From the NCBI GenBank assembly GCA_038212275.1, contig JBBQUR010000003.1, positions 219,550-283,549 on the forward strand: 64,000 nt of DNA, written 5' to 3'. Made by a program: the position numbers and the translations under genes. The notes beneath the pieces are model-generated. The model was given only the letters and a program-made list of their open reading frames with translations. It had not been told where the DNA came from and did not search any database. This document shows positions 28,052 to 36,452 of the stretch, piece by piece; position 1 is the first letter of the stretch, and each line of letters opens with the position of its first letter. The DNA is from Planctomycetota bacterium (GTDB lineage: Bacteria; Planctomycetota; B15-G4).

Positions 28052-28639
28052 CTAGAGAGCGAAGAAGGAGACGAACAGCACCAGCCACACGGCATCCACG
28101 AAGTGCCAGAAGATGGCGACGCTGGACGCGGGCGTGGCGCGGCCGGCGTTGATCCGTCCGGTCAGCGCACCGGCCTGGATGAAGCCGAGCGCGATGAGGC
28201 CGCACACGACGTGCAGCGCGTGGAACCAGGTGAGCATGTAGAAAAGGCCCTGGTACATGTCGGTGTCGGGCCGGCCGCCGGCCTCCCAGACATCGATCCA
28301 GAGCCAGCTCTGCAACGCCGCGAAAGCCAGGCCTGCGCCGAGCCCGAGTGCCCAGCGTCCCGCGAATCCCGGCTGGCCGGCGCGGAGCCGCTTCACCGCG
28401 GAGTGCAGCAGTGCGCTGCTCGCGAGCAGCACGGCCGTCGCGAGTCCGGCCAGCGGCAGCGACGGCAGCACCACGCCTTCCGGTGGCCACACCGGCTGCC
28501 GGTGCCGCAGGACGAGGAAGGTCAGGAAGAGTGTGGCGAAGGCCATGCTCCAGCTGCCGATGAACAGCACCATGCCGAAGGTCGCATCGACCCGCGCGCG
28601 GCGGCTTTCGGTCGGCAGTGGCAGGGCCAGGTCGCTCAT
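28052..28639 (-). CDS. Heme-copper oxidase subunit III (copy 1, CoxO-like)
   Basis: FGMVLFI, TAVLLASS, FHALHV, FWHFVDAVW. Confidence 0.9.
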   Translation of the reverse strand: MSDLALPLPTESRRARVDATFGMVLFIGSWSMAFATLFLTFLVLRHRQPVWPPEGVVLPSLPLAGLATAVLLASSALLHSAVKRLRAGQPGFAGRWALGLGAGLAFAALQSWLWIDVWEAGGRPDTDMYQGLFYMLTWFHALHVVCGLIALGFIQAGALTGRINAGRATPASSVAIFWHFVDAVWLVLFVSFFAL

Positions 28640-28707
28640 CGTGGGCTCTTCAGGGCCGGGGAGGACGGCTCACGCAGCCGCTGCGGGCCGCGTGCGCTGC
28701 TCTCGCC

Positions 28708-30426
28708 TCAGGTCGGCAGCTGCTCCGATTGGGAAATCCAGTCGCGGTCCTTGAGCGCCGGGTGGCTGTACTCGTGCGGGCCGGTGACGACGGTAGGGAT
28801 GGTGTCGTAGTTGTGGTGCGGCGGCGGGCTCGGGATCGTCCACTCGAGCGTGCCGACCTCCCACGGGTTCACGCTGGCCTTGCTTCCCCACCAGCGACTC
28901 TTGATGAAGTTGAACGCGAAGATGAGCTGCGCGCCGCCGAGGAAGAAGGCCGCGACGCTCGTGATCACGTTGAGGTGCTGCAGCGAACGCAGGTAGTCCA
29001 CGTCCGTGTGGTTGTAGTACCGGCGCGGCATGCCCGCGTAGCCGCTGATGAACATCGTGCAGAAGACGATGGTCAGCGGGATGATCGTGGCCCAGAAGTG
29101 CAGCTTGCCCAGCTTCTCGGACATCATTTTCCCGAACATCTTCGGGAACCAGAAGTAGGTGGCCGCGAAGGCCCCGAACAGCGAGGACGCCGCCATGGTC
29201 AGGTGGAAGTGCCCGACGACGAAGTAGGTGTCGTGCAGGTAGATGTCCGTGGAGATCGTGGCGAGGTAGATGCCCGTGAGGCCGCCGAGGCCGAACACGA
29301 AGATCACGCCCATCGAGAACAGCATCGGCGTCGTGAAGCGCAGGTTGCCGCGCCACAGCGTGTGCAGCCAGTTGAAGAACAGGATCTCGCCCGGCACCGA
29401 GATGATCATGGTGAGCAGCATGAAGCTCTCGCCGAGCATCGCGGTCATGCCGGTCGTGAACATGTGGTGGCCGTACACCACCGCGGACAGCACCGTCACC
29501 GCGCCCATCGCGCCGACGGTCACCTTGTAGGCGAAGGCCGGCTTGCGCGCGAAGAACGAGAGCAGGTCGGAGATGATGCCCCACGCGGGCAGGATGAGGA
29601 TGTAGACCTCGGGGTGGCCGAAGATCCAGAACAGGTGCTGGTAGAGGATCGGGTCGCCGCCGCCGCTCTGGTTGAGCGTGGCCGGCACGTAGAAGCTCGT
29701 GCCGAAGCTGCGGTCGAGGACCATGAGGATCATGGCGCTGCCGATGACCGGCAGGAAAAGCACGTTCAGGATGGCCGTGAAGAACATGCCCCAGATCGTG
29801 AGCGGCAGCTTGCTCCAGGTCATGCCCGGCGCGCGCAGCCGCACGATCGTGGTGATGTAGTTGATGCCGCCCATGATGGAGCTGGCGCCGATCAGGAACA
29901 CCGCGATGGCCCAGAGCGTCTCGCCCGAACCCGGCGTGCCGATGGTGCTCGAGAGCGTCGGGTATGCGGTCCAGCCGCCCTCGGCCGCGCCCAGCGGCAC
30001 GAAGAGCGAGTAGAAGCCGACCAGGCCGCCCAGCACCACCGTCCAGAAGGACAGCATGTTGAGCAGCGGGAAGATCATGTCCCGCGCGCCGATCATGAGC
30101 GGGATGCAGAAGTTGCCGAAGGCGCCGATCAGCAGGGGAGTGAGCCCCAGGAAGATCATGATCGTGCCGTGCATCGTGAACAGCGTGTTGTAGCCGTCGG
30201 GCGGCACCGAGCCGTCGCCGCGCGGGTACAGCAGCTTGCCGATGAGCGGCACCGGGCTGCCCGGGTGGGCGAGCTGCCAGCGGATCATCATGGCCATGAT
30301 GCCGCCGACGAGCAGCCACACCAGGCCGAACCACATGAACTGTCTCGCGATGACCTTGTGGTCCACCGAGAAGACGTGCTTGCGCAGGAAACCCGTCGGC
30401 TCCGCGTGGATGTGATCGCCACTCAT
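28708..30426 (-). CDS. ctaD: Heme-copper oxidase subunit I, A1-like, K-channel-deficient variant
   Basis: TMHG, GWTAYP, FGHPEVY, GHHM, HDTYFVVGHFH, GMPRR; helix VIII reads VPGEILFFNW. Confidence 0.95.
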   Translation of the reverse strand: MSGDHIHAEPTGFLRKHVFSVDHKVIARQFMWFGLVWLLVGGIMAMMIRWQLAHPGSPVPLIGKLLYPRGDGSVPPDGYNTLFTMHGTIMIFLGLTPLLIGAFGNFCIPLMIGARDMIFPLLNMLSFWTVVLGGLVGFYSLFVPLGAAEGGWTAYPTLSSTIGTPGSGETLWAIAVFLIGASSIMGGINYITTIVRLRAPGMTWSKLPLTIWGMFFTAILNVLFLPVIGSAMILMVLDRSFGTSFYVPATLNQSGGGDPILYQHLFWIFGHPEVYILILPAWGIISDLLSFFARKPAFAYKVTVGAMGAVTVLSAVVYGHHMFTTGMTAMLGESFMLLTMIISVPGEILFFNWLHTLWRGNLRFTTPMLFSMGVIFVFGLGGLTGIYLATISTDIYLHDTYFVVGHFHLTMAASSLFGAFAATYFWFPKMFGKMMSEKLGKLHFWATIIPLTIVFCTMFISGYAGMPRRYYNHTDVDYLRSLQHLNVITSVAAFFLGGAQLIFAFNFIKSRWWGSKASVNPWEVGTLEWTIPSPPPHHNYDTIPTVVTGPHEYSHPALKDRDWISQSEQLPT

Positions 30427-30433
30427 CTCGCGG

Positions 30434-31321
30434 CTACTCCTTCCATTCCCAGGCCCAGAGGGCCTCGGGATCGTTGCTGTCGTATGCCGTGAGCGCGAGT
30501 GCGCCGGCTTCCTTCTCCCACGCCTTGAAGGCCTCGGCGGGCAGCACGTTCACGGTGCCGTGCATCTGGTAGTGCGCGTAGCCGCACAGTTCCGCGCAGA
30601 GGATGTCGTAGCTGCCGGCGACGACGGGCTTGAACCACACCTGGTTGATCGCGCCGGGGTTGGCATCGCGCTTCACGCGCATGTCGGGCACGAAGAAGGA
30701 GTGGATCACGTCCTTGCTGGTGACGTTGAAGACGGCGGGGCGGTCCATCGGCAGCGTGAGCGTGTTGATGGTCACGATGTCGTCGGGCGTTCCGAACTTG
30801 CCGTCCTCGCCGGTCACGCGGAAGTTCCACGCCCACTGCTGGGCCAGGACCTCCACCTGGTAGGCGCCCTTCTCGACGTTCGGGATGTTCCACACGACCT
30901 CGCGCAGGTCCTTCATGGTCATCACGAGCACGGAGGCGTCGAGCACGAGGAACACGATGACCGACACGATCGCCGTGAAGCGCTTGTCGTGCAGGCTGCT
31001 GCCCTCGTCGTAGTGGGCCTTGTGTCCGGGGCGCGCGCGGTCGCGCAGCACCGGCACGATGAGCATCACCAGCACGATCAGGAAGCTCACGCTGATCATC
31101 GTGGTGATCAGCCAGAAGAGGCTGTCCACACGGCCGCCGTTGGCGCTCGCGGGGGCATTGGGGCCCCAGCGGTCGGCCAGTTCCTGCGCGGCGAGCGACG
31201 GCGCGCAGGCCAGCGCCAGCAGCGCAGTGAGCGTCGCCAGCCATGCACGCGCGGGCAGCCGGGAGCGACCCGTGCACCCGATGAGGAGAGAGTTCAAGGG
31301 TTTCACTCCGCTGGTGGTCAC
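30434..31321 (-). CDS. ctaC: Heme-copper oxidase subunit II with CuA site
   Basis: Two TM helices, AQQWAW, DVIHSFF, CAELCGYAHYQM; GTG overlaps the upstream stop. Confidence 0.93.
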   Translation of the reverse strand: MTTSGVKPLNSLLIGCTGRSRLPARAWLATLTALLALACAPSLAAQELADRWGPNAPASANGGRVDSLFWLITTMISVSFLIVLVMLIVPVLRDRARPGHKAHYDEGSSLHDKRFTAIVSVIVFLVLDASVLVMTMKDLREVVWNIPNVEKGAYQVEVLAQQWAWNFRVTGEDGKFGTPDDIVTINTLTLPMDRPAVFNVTSKDVIHSFFVPDMRVKRDANPGAINQVWFKPVVAGSYDILCAELCGYAHYQMHGTVNVLPAEAFKAWEKEAGALALTAYDSNDPEALWAWEWKE

Positions 31322-32454
31322 GGGGCTGCTCGCAGCGCGGCCATGAATGCGGCGCGCGCCGGCTTGTCCTTGTAGGTGTCCGTCAGGTGGCGCACGTAGT
31401 GAGCGATGGCCCACAGGTCTTCGTCGGGCATCGCGCCCTTCCAGGTCGGCATGCCGGCGCCGCCGATGCCGGCCGCGATGGTCTGGTAGGCCTCCAGCGG
31501 ATTGCCGCTGTAGCGCAGCGTCTGCCAGGTGAAGTCCGGCGCGAGGATCGCGACCTTGTAGCCGAGCACCTCGTAGCTGCTGTCCTTCTTGAGCTTCGGA
31601 TACGTGACGTCGGCGGCGTAGGTCGTGGTCTTGTCCACGCCGCGGATCTCGTTGAGCTTCGCGGCGGTCACGTAGGCCGGGTGGCAGCCGTAGCACTGGT
31701 TCCGGTGATAGGCGATCTCGCCGGCCGCGATGCCCTGCGCTTCCTTGCCTTCCCACGGATCCGCTCCGGTCTCCACGACCGCGCCGATCTCGTTCACCGC
31801 GTCGCGCCAGCCTTCCTCTTCGGGCGAGAGCGACTTGATGTACTGCACGATGTCGCGCAGGCGCTCCTCGGACACGGCCCACGGGTACATCGGGGTGCCG
31901 CCGAGGCCGTGGCGCACCAGCGTGACGAGCGCGTCGTCGTTGGGCAGCTTGTCCGAAGGCACTTTGGTGAACTTGAAGCTGCTCTGCTTGAAGCTGCGGG
32001 GCGGCGGGCGCAGGTGCTGCGCGGAGCGGCCGTAGCCGTCGCCCTCGAGCCCGTGGCAGCTGGAGCAGAACTGCACGAAGTCCTGCCGGCCGCGGGTGAG
32101 CACGTCGGCGGGCACGAGCTGCCAGTAGATCTCCTCGTCATCGTCCCAGGTGAACTCGCCGGTGGCGTCGGCCCAGTGTTCGCCGTCCTTGCGGAAGCGC
32201 TCGGGATGCGCGGCGGCCAGCGTCTCCACGAAGTCCTCGCCGGGCGAGACGAGCTTCGCGGGCTCCGTGATCACCAGCGGCACGTGCAGCGGCGCACGGG
32301 CGAAGAGTCCCACGGCCTGCTCGACCGGGGGATTGACTGTTTCGTGGTCGTCTTCGGAAAGGCTGCCTTGATGCTGCAGGCAGGCAGAGAGCGGGCCGGC
32401 CAGCCCCGCCAGCAGCAGCAGGGCCATGGCCGGGCGCAGAAGGCTTGGCGTCAT
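31318..32454 (-). CDS. Di-heme c-type cytochrome lipoprotein
   Basis: LSAC lipobox; CSSCH and CYGCH; axial Met candidates GTPM and AGMP. Confidence 0.88.
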   Translation of the reverse strand: MTPSLLRPAMALLLLAGLAGPLSACLQHQGSLSEDDHETVNPPVEQAVGLFARAPLHVPLVITEPAKLVSPGEDFVETLAAAHPERFRKDGEHWADATGEFTWDDDEEIYWQLVPADVLTRGRQDFVQFCSSCHGLEGDGYGRSAQHLRPPPRSFKQSSFKFTKVPSDKLPNDDALVTLVRHGLGGTPMYPWAVSEERLRDIVQYIKSLSPEEEGWRDAVNEIGAVVETGADPWEGKEAQGIAAGEIAYHRNQCYGCHPAYVTAAKLNEIRGVDKTTTYAADVTYPKLKKDSSYEVLGYKVAILAPDFTWQTLRYSGNPLEAYQTIAAGIGGAGMPTWKGAMPDEDLWAIAHYVRHLTDTYKDKPARAAFMAALRAAP

Positions 32455-32638
32455 GAAAGCGCTTCCGTGGGAATGCGGGAGAGTCGAGGAGCGGGCGGCA
32501 GCAGGGCAGGTCTGGCGTGCCGCAAAGTGGCTGCCGGAACCACCGGGCATGAATGCTGCGGAGTCTAGATGAGGCGGACGGGCCGCCACAAGCGTGCTTC
32601 GCCGCTCGGAAGTCGGCTCGGCATCGCCAGTCAGCCGG

Positions 32639-33796
32639 TCAATCGTCGCGCGCGCGGCGCGGCCCGCCGTAGTGGTGTCTCGTGCCGTCGGGCGCCTCGA
32701 TGCGCAGGCTGCCGGAGGTCCCGGGCGACACCCACGGGTAGTCCAGAGGCACCTTGCCGTGCCCGCCCGGCACGTCGAGGAGGTAGTGCGGAAGCGCGTG
32801 TCCGGGCAGCGTGCCGCGCAGGGCGCGCAGCAGCGCCCGGCCCTGCTCCACGGTGGTGCGCAGGTGCGAGGTGCCCGGCACGAGGTCCGCATGGTGCAGC
32901 GCATACGGTCGGATGCGCGCACCGACCAGAGCCCAGAGCAGCTCGCGGTGCACGTCGGCGTCCGCATTGATGCCCGCCAGCAGCACGGACTGGTTGAGCA
33001 CGCCGACGCCGCGGTCCACGAGGCGGCCGGCCGCCGCCACCGCCTGCGGCGTGACCTCTGCCGGATGATTGAAGTGCGCGACGACGAGCACCGGCGGCCG
33101 GATCGCGGCCAGGCCCGCGGCCAGTTCGTCGGTGATGCGGAACGGGTTGACCACGGGCATGCGCGTGTGGATGCGCAGGGAGCGCAGGTGCGGGATGGCC
33201 GCGAGGCGGGCGAGCAGCGTCAGCAGCCTGCCGTCGGCCAGCGTGAGCGGATCGCCGCCGGTGAGGATGACCTCGTGGATGCCGGGCCGCGCCGCGATGT
33301 ACGCCAGCGCCGCGTCGAGTTCCGCAGCACTCACGGCGAAGTCGGGGTTGCCGACGAGCCGCTTGCGGAAGCAATGCCGGCAATGCACCGAGCAGACGGG
33401 CGTGGGGTAGAGCAGCACGCGGTCCGGGTAGCGGTGGGTGAGCGCGGCCAGCGGCCGCGTGTGCGCCTCTTCGTCGCCGATGGGGTCCTCGCGCTCCTCG
33501 GGCAGCAGCCGCGTCTCGCGCGGCGAAGGCACCGCCAGCGCCCAGATGGGGTCGTCCTCGCGGGCCTCCCGCGCCAGCGAGAGGTAGTAGGGCGTGGCGC
33601 GCATGCCGTAGAGCGCGATGGCGGCCTCGATGCCGGGCTGGTCCAGGCCTTCCAGCGCGAAGCGCCCCGGGAAGAGGCGCTCGATGTCCGCCAGCGAGGT
33701 CGCCGCATGCCGGTGCTGCCAGAGCCAGTCCTCGTGCCGGACGGGAAGCGTCGGTGCCGAGGCGGATCCGGGATCGTGGAGGGGGCCCTGCGTCAT
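32639..33796 (-). CDS. KamA-family radical SAM aminomutase (lysine 2,3-aminomutase/EpmB-like)
   Basis: TPYY, DPIGD, HRYPDRVL, CSVHCRHCFRK, LTGGDPL, HFNHP, NQSVLL, DVPGGHGK (PLP Lys). Confidence 0.92.
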   Translation of the reverse strand: MTQGPLHDPGSASAPTLPVRHEDWLWQHRHAATSLADIERLFPGRFALEGLDQPGIEAAIALYGMRATPYYLSLAREAREDDPIWALAVPSPRETRLLPEEREDPIGDEEAHTRPLAALTHRYPDRVLLYPTPVCSVHCRHCFRKRLVGNPDFAVSAAELDAALAYIAARPGIHEVILTGGDPLTLADGRLLTLLARLAAIPHLRSLRIHTRMPVVNPFRITDELAAGLAAIRPPVLVVAHFNHPAEVTPQAVAAAGRLVDRGVGVLNQSVLLAGINADADVHRELLWALVGARIRPYALHHADLVPGTSHLRTTVEQGRALLRALRGTLPGHALPHYLLDVPGGHGKVPLDYPWVSPGTSGSLRIEAPDGTRHHYGGPRRARDD

Positions 33797-33818
33797 GCGG
33801 CGCATGGTAGCCGCGGCG

Positions 33819-34823
33819 TCAGTGCGCCTGCCCGTTCGTGATCACGACCTCCAGCAGCCGCTCGGCCTGCAGCCGGCCGGGACTCAGCAGCAGCTCCAGC
33901 TCGCTCGAGCCCGGGACGAGCGTGCTCCCTGCCTGGACGCCGAGGGCGATGCGCTTTCTCCCGTCGTCGCCGCCATGCACCGCGTCGGGCGCGCTCGCTG
34001 CGTCCGCGTTCCAATCCGGGACGATGGCCCAGTAGCCCGTGATGCGCTTCTCGTTGAGCCGCCGCTCGACTTCCAGGACCGGCACGGTGATGCGCGTGGC
34101 GGGGCCCGTGTCGAGACTCCGGTTGGCGGCCAGCACGCCCGACAGGCAGGCCAGCATCACGGCGGCGGGCAGCAGCATGGCCATGCCGGCGAGTTCCTTG
34201 TGCGAGGTGCTGCGGCCCGCGAAGGGCACGATGGCCGCGGCCAGCACCGCGAGTGCGATCGGCGCTGTCGCGAGCAGCGTCGGCAGCGCAAGCTCGGCCA
34301 GCTCTCCGTCCACGAGTTCGCGCGACCACTGCACGGTCGCCGCCAGCGAGAGGATGAACAGGGCTGCCGTGCCGGCCATCACGCCGACGAACAGGCGCGC
34401 CATGCCGGGCCGCTGCGGAAAGCTCCGCGACTCGAGCACTTCGCGGCTCTGTTCGTGCAATTCGCGCAGGTGAGTCTGCAGGGCCCGCTTGTGCTCCGGC
34501 TGCCGCAGCTTGCCGCGCTGGCCGGCACCCATGACCACGGCGAGACGCTTCGGCGACTGCGTGATCCACGTGCCTCCCAGGGCTTCCAGCGCCCTCACCG
34601 CGGCGCGGGTTGCGGGCTGTCGCAGGAGCGCCTCGCCGAATTCGACGTCGTCCGTCTCGAGTGTCCAGCGCGCGTCGAAGTCTCGGTCGAGGGAGAGCGG
34701 CCGGCGCACGAAGCCACGCTCCGTGAACCAGCGCGTGCCGCGCCCGATCGGCACGATCCGGAAGCGATGCGGACAGCCAGCCTCGATCCAGACCTGCTGA
34801 GCGTGATGCGATGCCGGAATCAT
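33819..34823 (-). CDS. Hypothetical membrane protein (about 3 TM helices)
   Basis: ATGA coupling to the upstream RHH gene; hydrophobic segments; GC3-biased codons. Confidence 0.65.
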   Translation of the reverse strand: MIPASHHAQQVWIEAGCPHRFRIVPIGRGTRWFTERGFVRRPLSLDRDFDARWTLETDDVEFGEALLRQPATRAAVRALEALGGTWITQSPKRLAVVMGAGQRGKLRQPEHKRALQTHLRELHEQSREVLESRSFPQRPGMARLFVGVMAGTAALFILSLAATVQWSRELVDGELAELALPTLLATAPIALAVLAAAIVPFAGRSTSHKELAGMAMLLPAAVMLACLSGVLAANRSLDTGPATRITVPVLEVERRLNEKRITGYWAIVPDWNADAASAPDAVHGGDDGRKRIALGVQAGSTLVPGSSELELLLSPGRLQAERLLEVVITNGQAH

Positions 34824-35188
34824 GGAGAGTCTTCTTTCCTGCCGGCGCTCCGGCGGTGCCGGCGCACGGCGTCGCGCAGAAGGAATTCGAGATGTCCGTT
34901 CAGGCTGCGCAACTCCTGCCCGGACCACGCACGCAACTCGGCCATCAGGTCGGGAGGCAACCGCAGCAGGAAGGACTTGCGGCGCGCCGTGCCGCCGGAC
35001 TCCTCCTCCGCGTCGGTCGCATGCGCCCCGTCCCGCGCTCGTCCGGCGCCGGCCGCCCCGGCGCCCACCTGCCCGCTACCTGCTGACCCGCTATCTGCTG
35101 ACCCGGTGTCCGCCGGCCCGGCGCCGGGCGCGCGGGACGGCGGGATCGGGTCGGGCGGAAGGTCGGCGGGTGGGTGGGGGCCGGGCAC
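34820..35188 (-). CDS. Arc/ribbon-helix-helix DNA-binding protein
   Basis: RKSFLLRLPPDLMAELRAWS..ELRSLNGHLEFLLRDAV; follows the SPFH gene. Confidence 0.82.
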   Translation of the reverse strand: MPGPHPPADLPPDPIPPSRAPGAGPADTGSADSGSAGSGQVGAGAAGAGRARDGAHATDAEEESGGTARRKSFLLRLPPDLMAELRAWSGQELRSLNGHLEFLLRDAVRRHRRSAGRKEDSP

Positions 35189-35198
35189 GTCGGAGGGC

Positions 35199-36122
35199 TC
35201 AGGTGTACATGCTGCCGGTGTTCAGCACGGGCGTCGGCGCCGAGTGACCGCACAGCACGACGAGCAGGTTGCCGACGAGTTGCGCCTTGTGACCGTCGTC
35301 CAGCTCCAGGATGTGCTTGGAGGAGAGGTCGGCCAGCGCGTGCTCGACCATGCCCACGGCACCCTCCACGATGAGGCGCCGGGCCGCGATGATGGCCGCC
35401 GCCTGCTGCCGCTGCAGCATGGCCGAGGCGATTTCCGGCGCATACGCCAGGTGGCTGATGCGCGCCTCGAGCACCTCGATGCCGGCGCGGTCGAGCCGCT
35501 GCTGCAGCTCCGCCGTCAGCTCGGTGACGAGCTGCTCCGTGCTGCCGCGCAGGGAGAGCGCGCCCGGGTCGGCGTGTGATTCATCGTAGGGGTGCGTGCT
35601 GGCGAGGTGCCGCACGGCCGTCTCGATCTGCACGTCCACGTAGTTGGTGAAGTCCTCGACGTCGAAGGCCGCCTGCGCCGAGTCGCGCACCTGCCAGACC
35701 ACGACGGCACCGATCTCGATCGGATTGCCGATGAGGTCGTTCACCTTGATGTTCTTGCTGGCGAGGTTGTGCGCCTTGAGCGAGATCTTCCGCTTCGTCG
35801 TGAACGGGTTGGTCCAGTAGAAGCCGTCGTCGCGGACGGTGCCGCGATAGCGGCCGAAGAGCACCAGCACGCGCGCGTTGTTGGGCGTGACGATGAAGAA
35901 GCCGACCGGCAGGATGACGAGCAGCAGCGCGCTCAGCAGGAAGAATCCGACGAGCGCGCCGATCTCTGCGCCGTGGAGCTGCAGCCGCGTGTTGCCGAGC
36001 CACACGATCGTGGCGATCACGCCGGCCAGGTAGAGCGGAAGCGAGATCAGCATCAGCCAGCCCGAGACGGCTGGAAAACGGACCTCGCGCGAGGCTTCGC
36101 GGCGGGGAGCAGGACTGGACAT
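35199..36122 (-). CDS. SPFH/Band 7 domain membrane protein
   Basis: LFGRYRGT, KVND..GNPIEI, ARISHLAYAPEIASAMLQRQQA, NLLVVLC. Confidence 0.92.
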   Translation of the reverse strand: MSSPAPRREASREVRFPAVSGWLMLISLPLYLAGVIATIVWLGNTRLQLHGAEIGALVGFFLLSALLLVILPVGFFIVTPNNARVLVLFGRYRGTVRDDGFYWTNPFTTKRKISLKAHNLASKNIKVNDLIGNPIEIGAVVVWQVRDSAQAAFDVEDFTNYVDVQIETAVRHLASTHPYDESHADPGALSLRGSTEQLVTELTAELQQRLDRAGIEVLEARISHLAYAPEIASAMLQRQQAAAIIAARRLIVEGAVGMVEHALADLSSKHILELDDGHKAQLVGNLLVVLCGHSAPTPVLNTGSMYT

Positions 36123-36158
36123 TGGCTCGGTTCCTCGAAGAGAAGTGAAGAGATCAAA

Positions 36159-36168
36159 GTGATATCAC
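36159..36168. promoter_or_regulatory. Perfect palindrome GTGATATCAC upstream of the SPFH-RHH operon; candidate operator
   Basis: AT-rich palindrome 37 bp upstream of the SPFH ATG. Confidence 0.45.
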
Positions 36169-36370
36169 ATCGCTATCGTCCGCCAAGCCCCTGTGTCGGC
36201 GCCCGCTCGCGCGGACAAGCGGCTGGAATACCAGCTGCATGCCCGAAAACGGCCAGCAAAGGCCAGATCCCTGCGTGGCAGAGCGGGACCTGGTTGGAGC
36301 GTGGCGGGAGCATGGCGGCTGGAAGGGGGCTCCCGTGGAGGCGAGCCGGGCCGGCCGCGGCGCGGCCCGC

Positions 36371-36452
36371 ATCCAGCCGCCCCGATTCAGCCGCCCCTAT
36401 CCCGCCGCCCCGATTCAGCCGCCCCTATTCAGCCATCCCTATTCAGCCATCC
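36371..36452. repeat. 14-bp tandem repeat x6 (consensus ATTCAGCCGCCCCT) overlapping the stop of the large lipoprotein gene
   Basis: Units at 36371, 36385, 36399, 36413, 36427 and 36441. Confidence 0.9.
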
